A stretch of DNA of 46,709 nt, taken from the NCBI RefSeq assembly GCF_001186125.1, contig NW_014040346.1, positions 47,360 through 94,068 on the forward strand, in the 5' to 3' direction. The notes under the pieces are model-generated. The model did not search any database. It worked only from the letters and a program-made list of their open reading frames with translations, and was not told the origin of the DNA. Positions 11,801-25,408 of the stretch are shown here, one piece after another (within the stretch, counting starts at the first letter, position 1; every line of letters starts with the position of its first letter). The DNA is from Sphaeroforma arctica JP610. Its lineage: Eukaryota. A program made the translations under genes and the position numbers.

Positions 11801-14421
11801 AATACTGACACTGTAATAACTCAAAGCACATACGCAACATGCATGATTTTCTCGTCCATACACTCATAAAGATAACATGCATACACCCCTTATGGCACCA
11901 CTTAAATATACAACTTAGGAAGCATTCAACTTCTAATGCTATTTCCTTGTCTACCAGAATTTGGTATCCCTAGACAAGGTGAACGCCTCCTGCCCTGATA
12001 CTGAAGTGCTTACGGCACATGTACTGGTACACACACTCGCCTTTTCAGCAACATACACGAAGACCCAATTATACACATATCTTTCCAATCTAAATCACAA
12101 AACTAACGACGCTACTCCGCTTTGCCTCATATGCATTGAAGTTCGGGTGCTCTCGAGAAGGTTAACGCCCCCTATCCTGATGCGGACGCGCTTAAGAAGT
12201 ACCTGAAAGAACGTATTGACGCTGCTGTGGAGAAGGGTGCTGTACTGCCCCGTGTTGCAGTGATTGGGGCACTAGGCCGATGCGGTCGAGGTGCCTGTGA
12301 CTTTGCGACGGAGGTGAGCTCTATACTCTATACATATATCTAAGTATATCATACAAAAGTATACATCTGTTTGTGCACGAGTGTACTTTAAGAATGCTGG
12401 TGACATCGATGTGTCCATTAATCACACGCTTTCTGACGCAATGTACGTTTGCCCTTTCCCTTTCTGACCCAGGTTGGCATCCCGGAAGATAACATTGTTC
12501 GTTGGGACATGAATGAGACCAAGGGCGGAGGTCCTTTCCCTCAATTACTGGATGTCGACATCCTTGTGAATTGCATATATCTCACAGAGAAGATCCCTCC
12601 TTTCATCACCACAGACATGCTGAAGGAAACCTCAGGTATTAAAAGGCGTAAAATTGGATATCTATGCACGTGTTGTGTATACTGGAACCTGTTATTACAA
12701 TACGTCTAATGGTGTCCCACCTCGATGACTTTCAATTGAACAACTCCTTTATCTCGAGTACGTCTTAGTCATTTAATAACGACCCGTCAAAAAACCGTAC
12801 GTACAAATGCTTGCTTCGTTTGTTCTTATGCTGACCAATCTGTGCTTATCATACATATACACCTTGGCAGAGACTCGCAAGTTGTCCGTGCTGGTGGATG
12901 TCAGCTGCGACTACACAAGCGAAAACAACCCCGTACCTGTGTACACTGAAGGCACCACATTCAGTAACCCCACGGTGGTGGTGCCAGACGTGTAAGTAAA
13001 CATTGTGTACGAGTTCTTACATATTTTATTACGTGCATATAACAGTGGTGTGTTACTTTTCCGATTTGTTTTATATGAATACGAAGGCAAGCCGTATTTT
13101 CAACGTCTGTTTTCGAGCGCATTGGTCGTACACAGTTGCTAAGACCGCGTTTGTGGCACCCAAAATGTAAATTGGCACGCATGCTTTATGTATGTGTGTG
13201 TGTGTAAGTGGTTATGCTTACTTTAAGTCTACCGTTATACTTGCATGCACCCGCGTATGTATCGAAACGTTTATATAAACGCAATCACGAATTGATTTGT
13301 GCTCGCGCGTGCCCGAGTACGCTATGACTGCTGTACCACAGGATGTCTTGAAATAAACGACGCATACATGAAACGCGCATTTGTAACAAGTCTCATTGGT
13401 TCGAGTGGTTGTACTGCTGAGCTCTTCAGTGAACGTTCGAACTTAGTTGAAGAGCATACAGGCAATTTCATTGTTTCTGTATCAATTCGTTTTTTTCTAT
13501 GTCGACACTGACTGCTTCTCTTGCTGGTGAGAATTGCGCGATAACCCTTATTGATCACAGAGAGGCTACATACGTATTTGAATACACACATCTTCGATCA
13601 TTTCCATTTCGAACACACTTTCATATTTTGTTTCCACATTAGCACTTTCATATCCTCATTATATATATTCCTTCTGCCTGTGTACTCCCCATTGTATTGT
13701 GCAGTGGAAAGGTCATGGAAGTAGTGGCCATCGATCATCTGCCCACACTCCTACCTAAGGAAAGCTCAGAACGCTTCGGCGCAGACCTCCTCCCCACACT
13801 ACTCGCTCTGCCACAGGTATGTATATAATATTATACTCGCATATATCATGTGTACGTGAATGGATTAATTCGCGATACCCGAAAAGTCTGCGTATAAATA
13901 TAGTATTCGGATCAACTTCGAATGTCACGTTATAAATAGTTGAGCGTTCAGAATATATTTAACAATTGTGGGATGATACTGTTTGCAACTTCCTCTCCGC
14001 TTCAACCGCGGTTTAAATACATTGTTAAGCTGTAGTGCAAATTCTCAAGAAGGGGTTGTACGTGGATATGTGGATTATTCTGTACGCAGTAGGCATATTG
14101 AGTAACAGCTTTTTTATTGCTATATCCATATTAGACATATTCAATTTTTTATTCATATATAGATCGATCCATATATCCATGGCCGACAATCGCACCTATC
14201 TGAAGGACTTGTGATAGGAGAAGCTCACATTTGTTCGAGGATAGGGAAAATGTATTAGAGCGTACGAATACATGTGCAGATACATTTTATATGTACGTTT
14301 GTGCACATATATGTATACTGACGTGAAGTTGACATCTAACCCACTCCAGGTGAAGGAGGATGAAGTTTGGTGCAGGGCTCGCAAGCTGTTCGATGACAAA
14401 TTGGCGGAAGCTGAGAAATAA
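8890..14421 (+). CDS. LYS1: Saccharopine dehydrogenase [NAD+, L-lysine-forming], 8 exons
   Basis: Phase-consistent exons 8890-9053, 10194-10338, 11145-11311, 12142-12313, 12473-12635, 12871-12991, 13705-13816, 14350-14421. Motifs LWIRAE.K..EHR, GLKELP, LLDLEFL...[47 protein letters not shown]. Confidence 0.95.
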
Positions 14422-16385
14422 GCATATCTCGCTGACTTCTAGGCTGGAAAGATGTTGTAGATAGTTTTATAGATCCATGGCGCAGAGCTTAACAGCCACG
14501 TCGATGCCCGAACACATCCAAGTCGAGTCTATATAACTCGAATGCCTTGGAATGTGTACCCGGTGTATGGTATCGTACAATAAAACCTAGTACCGCTAAT
14601 GTGATCCATGGACAAGGCAGAACATAGAACGGTTTATAACATTGAACCTTAATTGTGGTACATAGGTAGTCGTATATTGATATTCAAACACGCAATTTAG
14701 GATGAGATTCTGCCGCTCCTAGCCTTGGTCTATGTCAGTCTCTAGATAAGCTATTATGCGAGCACTGACATACTGATACGTCAGTGAAGGCGAAAGCGTG
14801 GCACATTATATGCAATGGTTCAATCTGAGTTCATACAAATACTCAGTTATTATTGAATTCTGCCTATCGATCATATTAGAAGGATACCCAAGAGTAAAAG
14901 CTCATGCGATACTATACTGTAACTTGTAAGTCAGTGCCTTCTGAGGTGCATGAGCTAATACTAATCCTATATATATATAAAATATGGGATTATGTTAAAC
15001 TTTCTAGTTTTTGGCTCTACACGATTCTCGAATCGAGTGTTTGCCAAACTTTCGATCAGAATATCCTGCAGTGAATCATCGGTATTAAGCTAAATATGAA
15101 TACTACTGCAGTAGAGAGCGAACGTGCTCATCAGGAGTATTCGTCCAAGACGAGTAGCTTATCACATTAGAGAGTGCACACGCGATTACTTGTTCTCGCC
15201 TATCATCGATCAAATATGTAGTCGCGTGACAAAAGTTTTTCTTTGACTATCAATAGATGCCTTCAAAATAGTACCATGCGAGTTGATTTAGATCTCCGGG
15301 AACTCACCTAGCAACAAGAATGTAATTAGTTCTCCAAATACAATTCGATCCCGGGCCCACGCTCTTACATAATGAAAAGAATATGAGTCAGTTTTGAAAT
15401 CATTACGTTTACGTCAGTAGTAAATACGATCGATCTCTGCGCCCTGAGCGCGTTATAGATGAAATATGAATTATTTTTTATTTTCATAGCCTCGGCCGAC
15501 TTTACTTGTCACGGTGACATTTCAGATCTGCCGACGATTTCCGAGACGCATTCAGCGTTGCCGTAACCTCTTTCAGCAACACCGCTTTTCCTGACAACTA
15601 TTCCTAGCGGTTGATAAACTTTAGTGACCTGACTGTCATTGAATTCACGTAGCGCACTCCATATCGTAAGTGGTGTAATTGTTCCGAAAAATATCACCTC
15701 ATACTTTCTTGCGCGCATCCCAATGTATCGAACGATCTTCTGAATAGTGTTGCTGCAGATTTGCGGGAAATGAACACACGTGAACCAAGCATGGCAGATG
15801 TGGCCAAGAAGGCCAATGCTTTTGTCGATTATGGTCCATATATGCAAATTGAACCTGCTCAGTTCAAGAAAGGGAGTAAGCAAGTGTCAGGAAAGACAAA
15901 GAAGTCTCACCTATTATAAAGAGAATTGTATCCTAGTTCTCCACGAATCATTATTCTGAAGGTTTGCGAGCGCGCGATTAGACGAGTAACAACATGTTCA
16001 AGACCATACTCGAAGAAATGTGAATTAAACCTGCAAGTATTTAAAAGACATGCGTGATACCACCGAACGTGAGTATTGCTACTATGCGACGAGCATGTTT
16101 TAATCCAAGTTTTATCGATGATACTTTGTCCCGCATACTGATGTACACTTTCAAGTGTGGAAACATAACAAGCCATAGCAAAGCGTCAGACTATATATTC
16201 AGCTGCTTTTATTAATATTAATAACCTCGGCCATGTGTTCCACGGTCATGACAATTTCCAATATACCACATAGGAGGAACCCTGAGGAACCGGCACAGCT
16301 ATCAATTAAATCGCAAGCGATGGTGACAGGCCAGTTCGAAAAGACCTATTAAACGAATAATTTTATATGGTATGATGAGCGCCAA

Positions 16386-18052
16386 CTAGTGCTTGCTCCT
16401 TCCATTGCATGTTTTAACGGCCTCCAGTAGGCCTAGATCTGCGCACAGGTCTGCGGTGGCAGAGAACCCGTTGGATTTGTAATACGCGCCAATTAGCGCC
16501 TCCATCGCATCGGCACAAGTCTTGGAGTCATAGTCGAATGTGCTCTTGGTGCGTATGTAGCGCAAATACGGCGCCGCGATTTTTGCCAAAACCCGGTTGG
16601 AGACTGCTTTGCCTTTCAGGATAGTCATCTCGCCATTGTCTGCGTTAGGATTTGTGTGGTATAAATACTGCACCACCACTAGGTCGAGCACAGCGTCACC
16701 TGAATCGATGTGATCGGATATTGGGTATTGGGATAGTATGTACCGGTACATGGACCGGTATATATAAACATGAGTAAACTTTGATATACTACTATACTGT
16801 TTCGTCAACACAGGCGAACAGCGCAACACATATTCCCGCACAAACGACCCGCATAAATTCACTTCTCGGCAATCCGGCAAGTTCGATAACGTACCCAATA
16901 ATGCAAGCCTGAGAAAGTTGCATCCATTAACACTGGCGCTTGGGTGTGTCAGTGCTTCGTCAATTGCGGCTACATCCACATTCTGGAAATCGGAGAACTT
17001 TTTAACAAAATCCTTCCCCGTAAATTGAGTGGCCAGGTTGTGATGTCGCTCATCTCTGACCATAGACTCGGGATCCAGGGGAGCTAGTGGATGCACATAT
17101 TCGGGTGCTTCCGCTGTGATAATATCTGCGTATGTTTTCTTATCAAGATCAACGGCCGAGCAAAGCTCGAGTACCTGAAAAATATTCAAGCACAATGTAT
17201 CTATCATCAGCAGACTATCAATCCAAACCAACTTTGCAGATTTACGATTATATATATACCAACTCATCTCGCAGACTATGATTAAAGGTCACGATGCTTG
17301 CTTCCCATATATGCACTCAGTTCATTGCAGAAATTGCAAACTCCACACTCCTGTTGCTACACAGATAACGACACTGTTCGCGGGGCTTCTTTACATCCAT
17401 TCATGCGACATTATTCGCCTGATTTGTAAAGTGGCTTGCTGCCTACTAGTTTGCTGTGCTAGATCTAATAATTATAATTTGCTAAACACGCGGGCACGAA
17501 AAATATACATAGGCTTGTCACTGGTGAATATCTCATCAACACGATACGCACGCTTCTCAGTGCTGTTGTATAATAATATACGGATCGCACACAAATACGC
17601 GACTGTACACTATGCTGTGCTTAGAACGTTATCCTGCTTTACGCTTGCACAAAAATAAGATGTAGCATCCGAAGTAATAGTTTTTGAAAAGTGCATGCCG
17701 CCGTCTGTATATCCGTCCATAATTGCCTACACAGTAGTAACAGTGGTGACTGAGCTACCTGCTCGTAAGCGGGTCCCTTAGAGCTACCGAATTTCCGCCC
17801 CCATCCTTGCGGTTCGTAGCACTCCTGGCAAAAGCGCACTATCCCCGAAGGCTTCACAAATGCAGTCCATTCGTGCTCTGCAATAGGATCAGTGCTTATC
17901 GAGCATGCGCTGTGCACGTTTTCCCATCCACAATCCTTCCCAGATCCCCACTCCTGACCGTACCGTCTTACGACGTGACATGCCACGCAGATGTGGCCTT
18001 TTATGGCCTTGGCTTCATATCTTGAACTCCAAACATGAGATTCATTCGGCAT
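16386..18052 (-). CDS. Single-domain RNase III family protein with putative N-terminal Zn-binding module (about 295 aa; 5' end may extend further)
   Basis: Exons 18052-17759, 17174-16895, 16699-16386 total 888 nt in frame. The spliced product gives ALTHPS...NFLRLALLGDAVLDLVV...VSN..LAKIA...KTCADAMEALIGAYY. The RNase III domain is well supported; linkage of exon 1 is less certain. Confidence 0.75.
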
Positions 18053-20213
18053 AATGTTTGGTTGCTAGTGTTGATATACACACTTGTAGAAAATGAAAGG
18101 TGGCTTTAAACTTGATGATGCACGCGCTGACCAGGGGTAGAATGTGAATGGAGTAAGAAAGATTCGACATGAGCCGAGAGAGCAGGTTCTGTATCGACGA
18201 TTGCAAATTCATGGTCGAGTTGAATCAACAACGAAGAATACTCCCATTGGCGTTTAAACTATTACATCGTGCTCACGAGATATTGAACTTAAAATGTTGG
18301 GGAGTCCGAAGCACGAAACCCACTTTCTCAGTCAAAAAATGTTGACACTTGCTAATGCCATCTGATAGCATTCATTTATCTTGGTGCGGACGATTATAGG
18401 CATTGAATGTGTACATACATGTATAAGTCTCCGCAATATAAATATCAGCTACATGCTGCCTCTTGTAAAACGAGTACACTGATTTGTTACATTCACATCC
18501 TTATTGGGATCCCGCACAAAGTTTATGCTAGCCTCCTATATCAAACTCAGTGTTTGACAATTAGTCACACTGCAGGCGTGATTCTCTTCCATCAGTAAGA
18601 AGTTCACAAGAATGTGCGACAGTATTGCGATCATCCGATTTCAGATATATCTCGGTGTAAACTCTACACATCTGGAACGATTTGGGTGACTTATATACGA
18701 GTGTACGTTTGAAATGTGCGAATCTATGAAACATGGCTGAGCACCGGACACGGCTATAGATAAGTCAAGTGTGCAAGCGCAAGCGTATGCGCATGATATG
18801 ATTTGTGTGTTAACTTAGTAATCGGATTCCTGCGGTTGCTGTCAGCTTAACTAGAGGAGTGCGTTTGCAAATATACATCATTAGGTTTTTGTTGACATCG
18901 CATCTTGTCAAAAAGATATTCATCCATCGGATAGGATCATGTACTCAGTAAAAAACAAAAATCAACTCTCAGACTCCGCAAACAACGAGCGAAATTATAG
19001 AGCGCCTCTGTGACTATCCGAATTTCATAGGGATAGATATTTGCTCTGGCGCAGTTCGAGACCATAATAGTACCAAACAATCCAAACTGTACAACTTCAC
19101 TGGGTGGGCCTGCTCACTATGAAATGGTATCACACTGTGAGACCTACTTCAAATCGACAGTGCTGTCAATTCGTGAAAGCAGGCTGTAGTAAAGTTCTTA
19201 TGGCAGGTTGTCGTACGGATTGGTGTATCTGCCCTATACGGAGCTACCCCTGGTTATACTTGCTGCATAACCGCCCCTGATATTCACTTGACAGTGTATG
19301 GGTTAAGAATAAAGCTAGATAAATCAAAACACGTACATTCCTCCCAAAAGGCTGACGACGTCAAATGTCCATTCCGAGCGTAAATATATCAATCGAATAC
19401 CTCTAATTAATCAAGTTTACCGCTCTTTAAAACATTCGCCACAAGCGCGAGTCTGTGGACACCAGGGTATGTCCGAGACATCGAAATATACACACTCTAC
19501 TCTCCGCACTTGTTTATTTGACCACAGCGAACAACACTACATGTGTCGGTGCATCTTTCTAACATCATGCTATCCTAGAAGCCTGCAAGGAGTTGGGTAC
19601 TAAATTAAAACTCTACTCGCACTCTAGAAAGTCGCTTAAATATCAGGAATCGAGGACATATTCTTGAAACATCGTTCATAGTATGTTCTGCTTTCCTATA
19701 CGTTGCATATGTATGATAACATGTGTCTTGCCGTTTCTATATGACCGACACATACGTATTGTGAAACGGATCCCATCTGGTACTATTGCGACTACACTCC
19801 AAACAATCTATTTACAGATGTTTGCTAGTGTCATATGAACCGTCTCGTTCGTTGCTCGGTTGCCTCACTGTATTTTGCAATTTTTACAAAGTCGTTCTTG
19901 ATGTAGACGTTCACTCTGTGCAAAAATCCGCTCAGTGCTATACGAAAAACCTCGATCTTGCTATACTTGGTTATGAAAGCCGGTCCCGTCATAGACACTG
20001 CGCTGCCAATGTTGAGGGGTTTGAATCACCGTTGAGCGATGTAGTACATAGGCCTGTCTGACGGATCCGTACAATAGTACTACCAATACGATAGCTCAGA
20101 CAAGCGTTTGTAATGAGACAGGCGATCCCAATCGCCAATCTGCTTCCGTCCGTACATAGTATTGTCCACATTTGCTTTGTCGTACCATTCACAAATGCCC
20201 TCTTGCGTTTATC

Positions 20214-23200
20214 TTATCGCCTGCTATGGCTACGACTGTCATGTCTATCTCTCGATCTCTTTCTGCCCCTGTCTCGACTCGTTTCCCTGCCACCATCCTT
20301 GCGCCCCTCTCTATCCCTAGTTGCATCGCTCCTCCAATCATCCCCATTCCCCTTGTTATCTCTACCCTCCTTATACCCACCTCTACTCCTGCTGCTTTCA
20401 TTATCCCCACCTATATGCTCGCGTCTATTCCTGTCTGGATTACCGTGTCTGTTGTCACCCCGATCGTCTCGCCTGTTGCGCTTATCTTTTGTACTGAACT
20501 TGTCTTTGGCGTCTCTCTCACGCCGTGCGATTGTGAGCGGATTGCGCGGATCTTCCAATGTGTACATATCTTCCGCATTGTCTGTAATACAGGACATCGA
20601 TAGAGTAGGGGGGGGGAGTTCTATTTTAGATACTTTCAAGAAACAGATAGAAAGCCAACTACACAGCATCTACTGATAGCCGGTAGTTGGTTGCCAGTAT
20701 CGTCATGCACGTGTGAATATTTATAACCCCACAGAACGGTGAATAATTGATCTCTAATCAATAATTTATATAGCACATTTACATTTGAATAAGGAAACGG
20801 GACCGAACAAAAGAGCGCTATTGTTTCTATATGGATATGGAGAACATTGTTTACCTACATGCTGTTGTTAGCGATATCGGGACTATTCAAAGGAACGTTT
20901 AAGAGGAATTGAAAATGGAGGACACATAGAACGCTTACACTTATAATAAGATTATACCTTTGAAAGGATCCTTCGAGAGCACAAGACTATCTTCTGGGTC
21001 GAAATCGAGTGCATGTGACATCCAGTCGTCGCTGAGGAATATTGAAGGACCCGAAATGAAACAATCTGACGTTAATATATACTGGTAGTATCGAACACAG
21101 CAGTGGTTACATAAATCTGCAACATTCTCGATCAAGTAGCCCAAATCCTTCTTATTCGCACAAACGTATAGATCAAACTCTCAGCCAACTGTGCATTAAG
21201 ATTGTGCCTACAGAATAATTTGGTAAGGAACCCCTCCAACATGGTGATTGATACTAAATACGTCATGAATATGTACGTGCAGCAGGCCTTTCCCGTGTGT
21301 GCAGTACTAGACTAGCTTCAGGTTTCTCACATCCACTACGAAAATGATTGTAGCTAAACTTACCTCACCCATTGATAGTCTCACTACTAGTACCTCTGTC
21401 ATGATCCGCCTCAACACTTGACCAGAATTCCGTTTCGGTTCCCCTATCTGACCCCAATATATACACACACCATCGAATTCACACTCGTACCAATTCTTAC
21501 CTTCCCTATTTTTTTATCTGATATACACACTGGAGAGCACTAACATGATACATTTAAGCACCGTTTTATGAAGCGTGCAATCTCACAAGCTCCCACTTAC
21601 CCATTTGTACTACGCCCCCCACCCTTCCCCTTCATATCCGCATCCAAACTAGCACTATCCGTATTTTTCCCATTTGACTCTTCTTCCTCTTCCTCCTCGT
21701 CACTCTTATCCGCCCACGACCGTGCACTAACTTTCATCTGAAAGCTTTCCAAAAGAGCCTTGGCCTTCGCATCGGCTTTGGCCTTCCCCGTTGACCCCAA
21801 ACTGTCCGCGTACTTCCGCCTCTGTGCTTCCAGATACGCTTCCCCATCATCCACCGCAGATTTCACCTGGTTGTCATTCACTCCAGTCTGTGTATTTGTC
21901 TCCGCAATACGTCCATCTCCCATATCGCGTTGCCTTCGCTTGCTCTCTCTGATCTCGCGCACTAATTTCTCGGTCTGTTCTGCGGTTGTCAAACTCTTGC
22001 TCGTCTTGGCAGCACTCGATGTGTCCTCCTTATATTTCTTTGTATCGCTTTCATCTTCCGTTTCCCTAACCTTATCATCGGATACACTCGCACCCTTTCC
22101 ATCACCATTCGCACTGGTACCCTTGCTTTTCTCCTCACTCACCACCGGTTCTATAGCGCCCACTTCTGCTGCAAGCGTCGGGTCTGCCAAAGCTTCGTGT
22201 GCACTTTTAATCTTCATTCGCTTTGTTTTACTTTTACTACTAAACATGTTGTCTGCCTCCCCTTCATCCTCTTCATCGTCATCTCCTCCAAATGAGAGCA
22301 GCTTAGCGTCTCGAGTTTTCTTCATTTTGGATCCCTTTGCCTTGCTTTCTTTGTTGGCCCGAGCTTGGTCGATCTTCGCCTGAAGTTGTGTAAATGTATG
22401 TATGTGAATGGGTATGTATGTATGTGCAGCAAGTGTACACAAATGTGTAAGTGTATATGTGCTTGTACATTATGCATGATAGTGTGTATGCAGCAGTATA
22501 AGTATATGAATACATATGCGTAGATATGTGCAGCATTGTAGATGATATCAGGCATGTTTAACAGTGTGTACGCCAATACAATATTGAGCTGGTACGATAT
22601 CTGGTGTGTCACATTGTAAGCAATATATCGAATTTTGATTCAAATCGTGATGAGATTCGATATAAACAAAGATACCCGCAACCAATACATACCAGCCTTG
22701 CAGGCAAAGAGCGCGGCACGATATCATCAAAAGGATTGACCAGCACTTCAATATACTTGATTCTAGGGGGATTTAAAGGCCGCTCATCTTCGTCTGTTTC
22801 CGCATCTCCAACGCGCAGTACATTGAAAATAGTTTCATGATCGACCCTCCCAAACAATGTGTGTTTCTTATTTAATCCCTCGGTTTTATCCAGCGTGATG
22901 AAAAACTGACTTCGGTTGTCATGGCTACCGCTGTTAGCCATGGCAACCAGGCCACGCCGCGAGAACTTAAGTCTTTGATGGAATTCGTCCTTGAAGGGCT
23001 CTACATGGTACAGAAGGAAAGAAGATATATATTTCATATCCGGGCAGCAGTCTTACTGTTTAGTGAACTAATATACGAAAGTGGTCCGCCAGGTCATTGT
23101 TTTTCGCCTTCTATTCATCACTTAGGACTTGTGGGCCGTAGGAATATCTATAGTACGCGATATGGGACTACCCTTTGGGACCCACAAATTTTCTAAAATA

Positions 23201-25408
23201 AGGAAGGAGCATTGGAGAAACCCAATGAAGTGAATGCTACTTACGACCTCGAATAGAATCCACCAAGTACCCATGACGACTACAAGCACTGTGGATGATA
23301 GAGAAGCGCATCTAGTCAAGACAGAGACATATACAGAGAACAATTTATCTCCTCACATACTTGTGTATCTGAGTAGATATGAAGTCTTGCGTGATAACGA
23401 CATCTGGATCTTCACGCACTTGAAATGTTCATGGACGAAAAGTCAACCTAATAAGCACTCGGAGTACACATACCTACACATATACAAACGCCAAGAATGG
23501 GTAAGAGCAATTCTGTGCGCGCTTCGTTCCCGTCAATCCCATACCTACATAAACTTACGAATGCTGCACAGAAAAAAAGTACACTCACTCAACCCGTCCC
23601 ATACACACGAGTACTTACCATCATATATGCTTTCTCCACCAAACCCCGTCCCGGTGGGGTCACCCATTTGTATCATGAATCCCTTAGAGATTCGGTTGAC
23701 TATATTGTCGTCGTAGTAGCCTAGGCGAATAAAAAGACAAGGTATGACGTGTCAGACATGTCCGAGCATCCGTGACATTTTTAGATTTCCGTGGGTGGGA
23801 TGGATATAGATCATAGAAACGCGTATGGGTATCGCTCGATACGTAGGAAACTCCGAAAGTGGTCAAATCGGTTTACTCATTGAAAACTGTGTTAGCTGGC
23901 TTTGAACTCCACGTACGTCATACAAGAGTTCAGAAGTACCACTGACTACATATGGAAGTGGAATATGCACCCATGGTCGAAATCAGAACATACATACTAA
24001 TAAAATTAGTGGGGTGGAATGACAAACGATAATATACGACCTAGCCAGCGTACATTTCAAAGATATTTCCACGAATGACAAGAAATACGGCACAATAAGT
24101 ACGACATCAATCAGGAAAGTGCCAGAAAGAAGTCAAACATCCACAAGGCAAGGAGAGCATATATACATGATGAACAGAAAGTATGTAGATGAACAAACCG
24201 ACGTGCAAAACAACACTTGGAATCAACGAAGCACGTGAATATTGATAACAGTCTACGCAGAAACTGCGTCAGGATGACTACACACCTTTCCTATTTTCAG
24301 GAAGTAAACTCGTATACGGAAGTTTATACNNNNNNNNNNNNNNNNNNNNNNNNNNNNNNNNNNNNNNNNNNNNNNNNNNNNNNNNNNNNNNNNNNNNNNN
24401 NNNNNNNNNNNNNNNNNNNNNNNNNNNNNNNNNNNNNNNNNNNNNNNNNNNNNNNNNNNNNNNNNNNNNNNNNNNNNNNNNNNNNNNNNNNNNNNNNNNN
24501 NNNNNNNNNNNNNNNNNNNNNNNNNNNNNNNNNNNNNNNNNNNNNNNNNNNNNNNNNNNNNNNNNNNNNNNNNNNNNNNNNNNNNNNNNNNNNNNNNNNN
24601 NNNNNNNNNNNNNNNNNNNNNNNNNNNNNNNNNNNNNNNNNNNNNNNNNNNNNNNNNNNNNNNNNNNNNNNNNNNNNNNNNNNNNNNNNNNNNNNNNNNN
24701 NNNNNNNNNNNNNNNNNNNNNNNNNNNNNNNNNNNNNNNNNNNNNNNNNNNNNNNNNNNNNNNNNNNNNNNNNNNNNNNNNNNNNNNNNNNNNNNNNNNN
24801 NNNNNNNNNNNNNNNNNNNNNNNNNNNNNNNNNNNNNNNNNNNNNNNNNNNNNNNNNNNNNNNNNNNNNNNNNNNNNNNNNNNNNNNNNNNNNNNNNNNN
24901 NNNNNNNNNNNNNNNNNNNNNNNNNNNNNNNNNNNNNNNNNNNNNNNNNNNNNNNNNNNNNNNNNNNNNNNNNNNNNNNNNNNNNNNNNNNNNNNNNNNN
25001 NNNNNNNNNNNNNNNNNNNNNNNNNNNNNNNNNNNNNNNNNNNNNNNNNNNNNNNNNNNNNNNNNNNNNNNNNNNNNNNNNNNNNNNNNNNNNNNNNNNG
25101 GGCGTGCATGTTATATAAGTGTGATCGCACATATAATCTGAGTAGCACTACGGCATGTATTTGCATGTATGAAGGTTCGTTTTACACCAACATACCTACT
25201 TGTTGTCAATGCGAAATTGAAAAAACGCAGCCAATGAAAAATGAAAAGAAATAATCTAATAGGACATACCTTCCATACAGAGTTGAATGAAATTGCGTAC
25301 TGCTTTAGGCGTCTCTTTACCCCACAGTTCGATACCGATCTCCCCATAATTTGTATGCATTACAACCTTCCCGTTGGTGGGAGGCTCCATTACATATATA
25401 TTCGACAT
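20214..25408 (-). CDS. CWC27: Spliceosome-associated cyclophilin CWC27, 6 exons
   Basis: Exons 25408-25270 ([15 protein letters not shown]...[10 protein letters not shown]), 23720-23619 (YYD...[14 protein letters not shown]), 23000-22693 ([20 protein letters not shown]...NPFDDIVPR), 22379-21601 (LLSFG), 21031-20958 (DDWMSH), 20581-20214 (DPRNP..RRE). All junction phases are consistent. Confidence 0.95.
24330..25099. other. Assembly gap (770 N) inside CWC27 intron 1
   Basis: Run of N. The flanking exons join in phase with contiguous cyclophilin sequence. Confidence 0.99.

Noticed and set aside
16310..16346. GLFELACHH as a KDZ transposase motif
   Set aside because: Stops follow within a few codons, and the other KDZ motifs are absent.
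15000..18052. Dicer or Drosha assignment for the RNase III gene
   Set aside because: No second RNase III domain, PAZ, helicase or dsRBD could be found on either side.
20113..22383. Plus-strand ORFs 20113-20676, 20172-20603 and 21760-22383
   Set aside because: Antisense shadows of low-complexity CWC27 exons.
24217..25254. Long ORFs across the N gap
   Set aside because: Artefacts of the N run.
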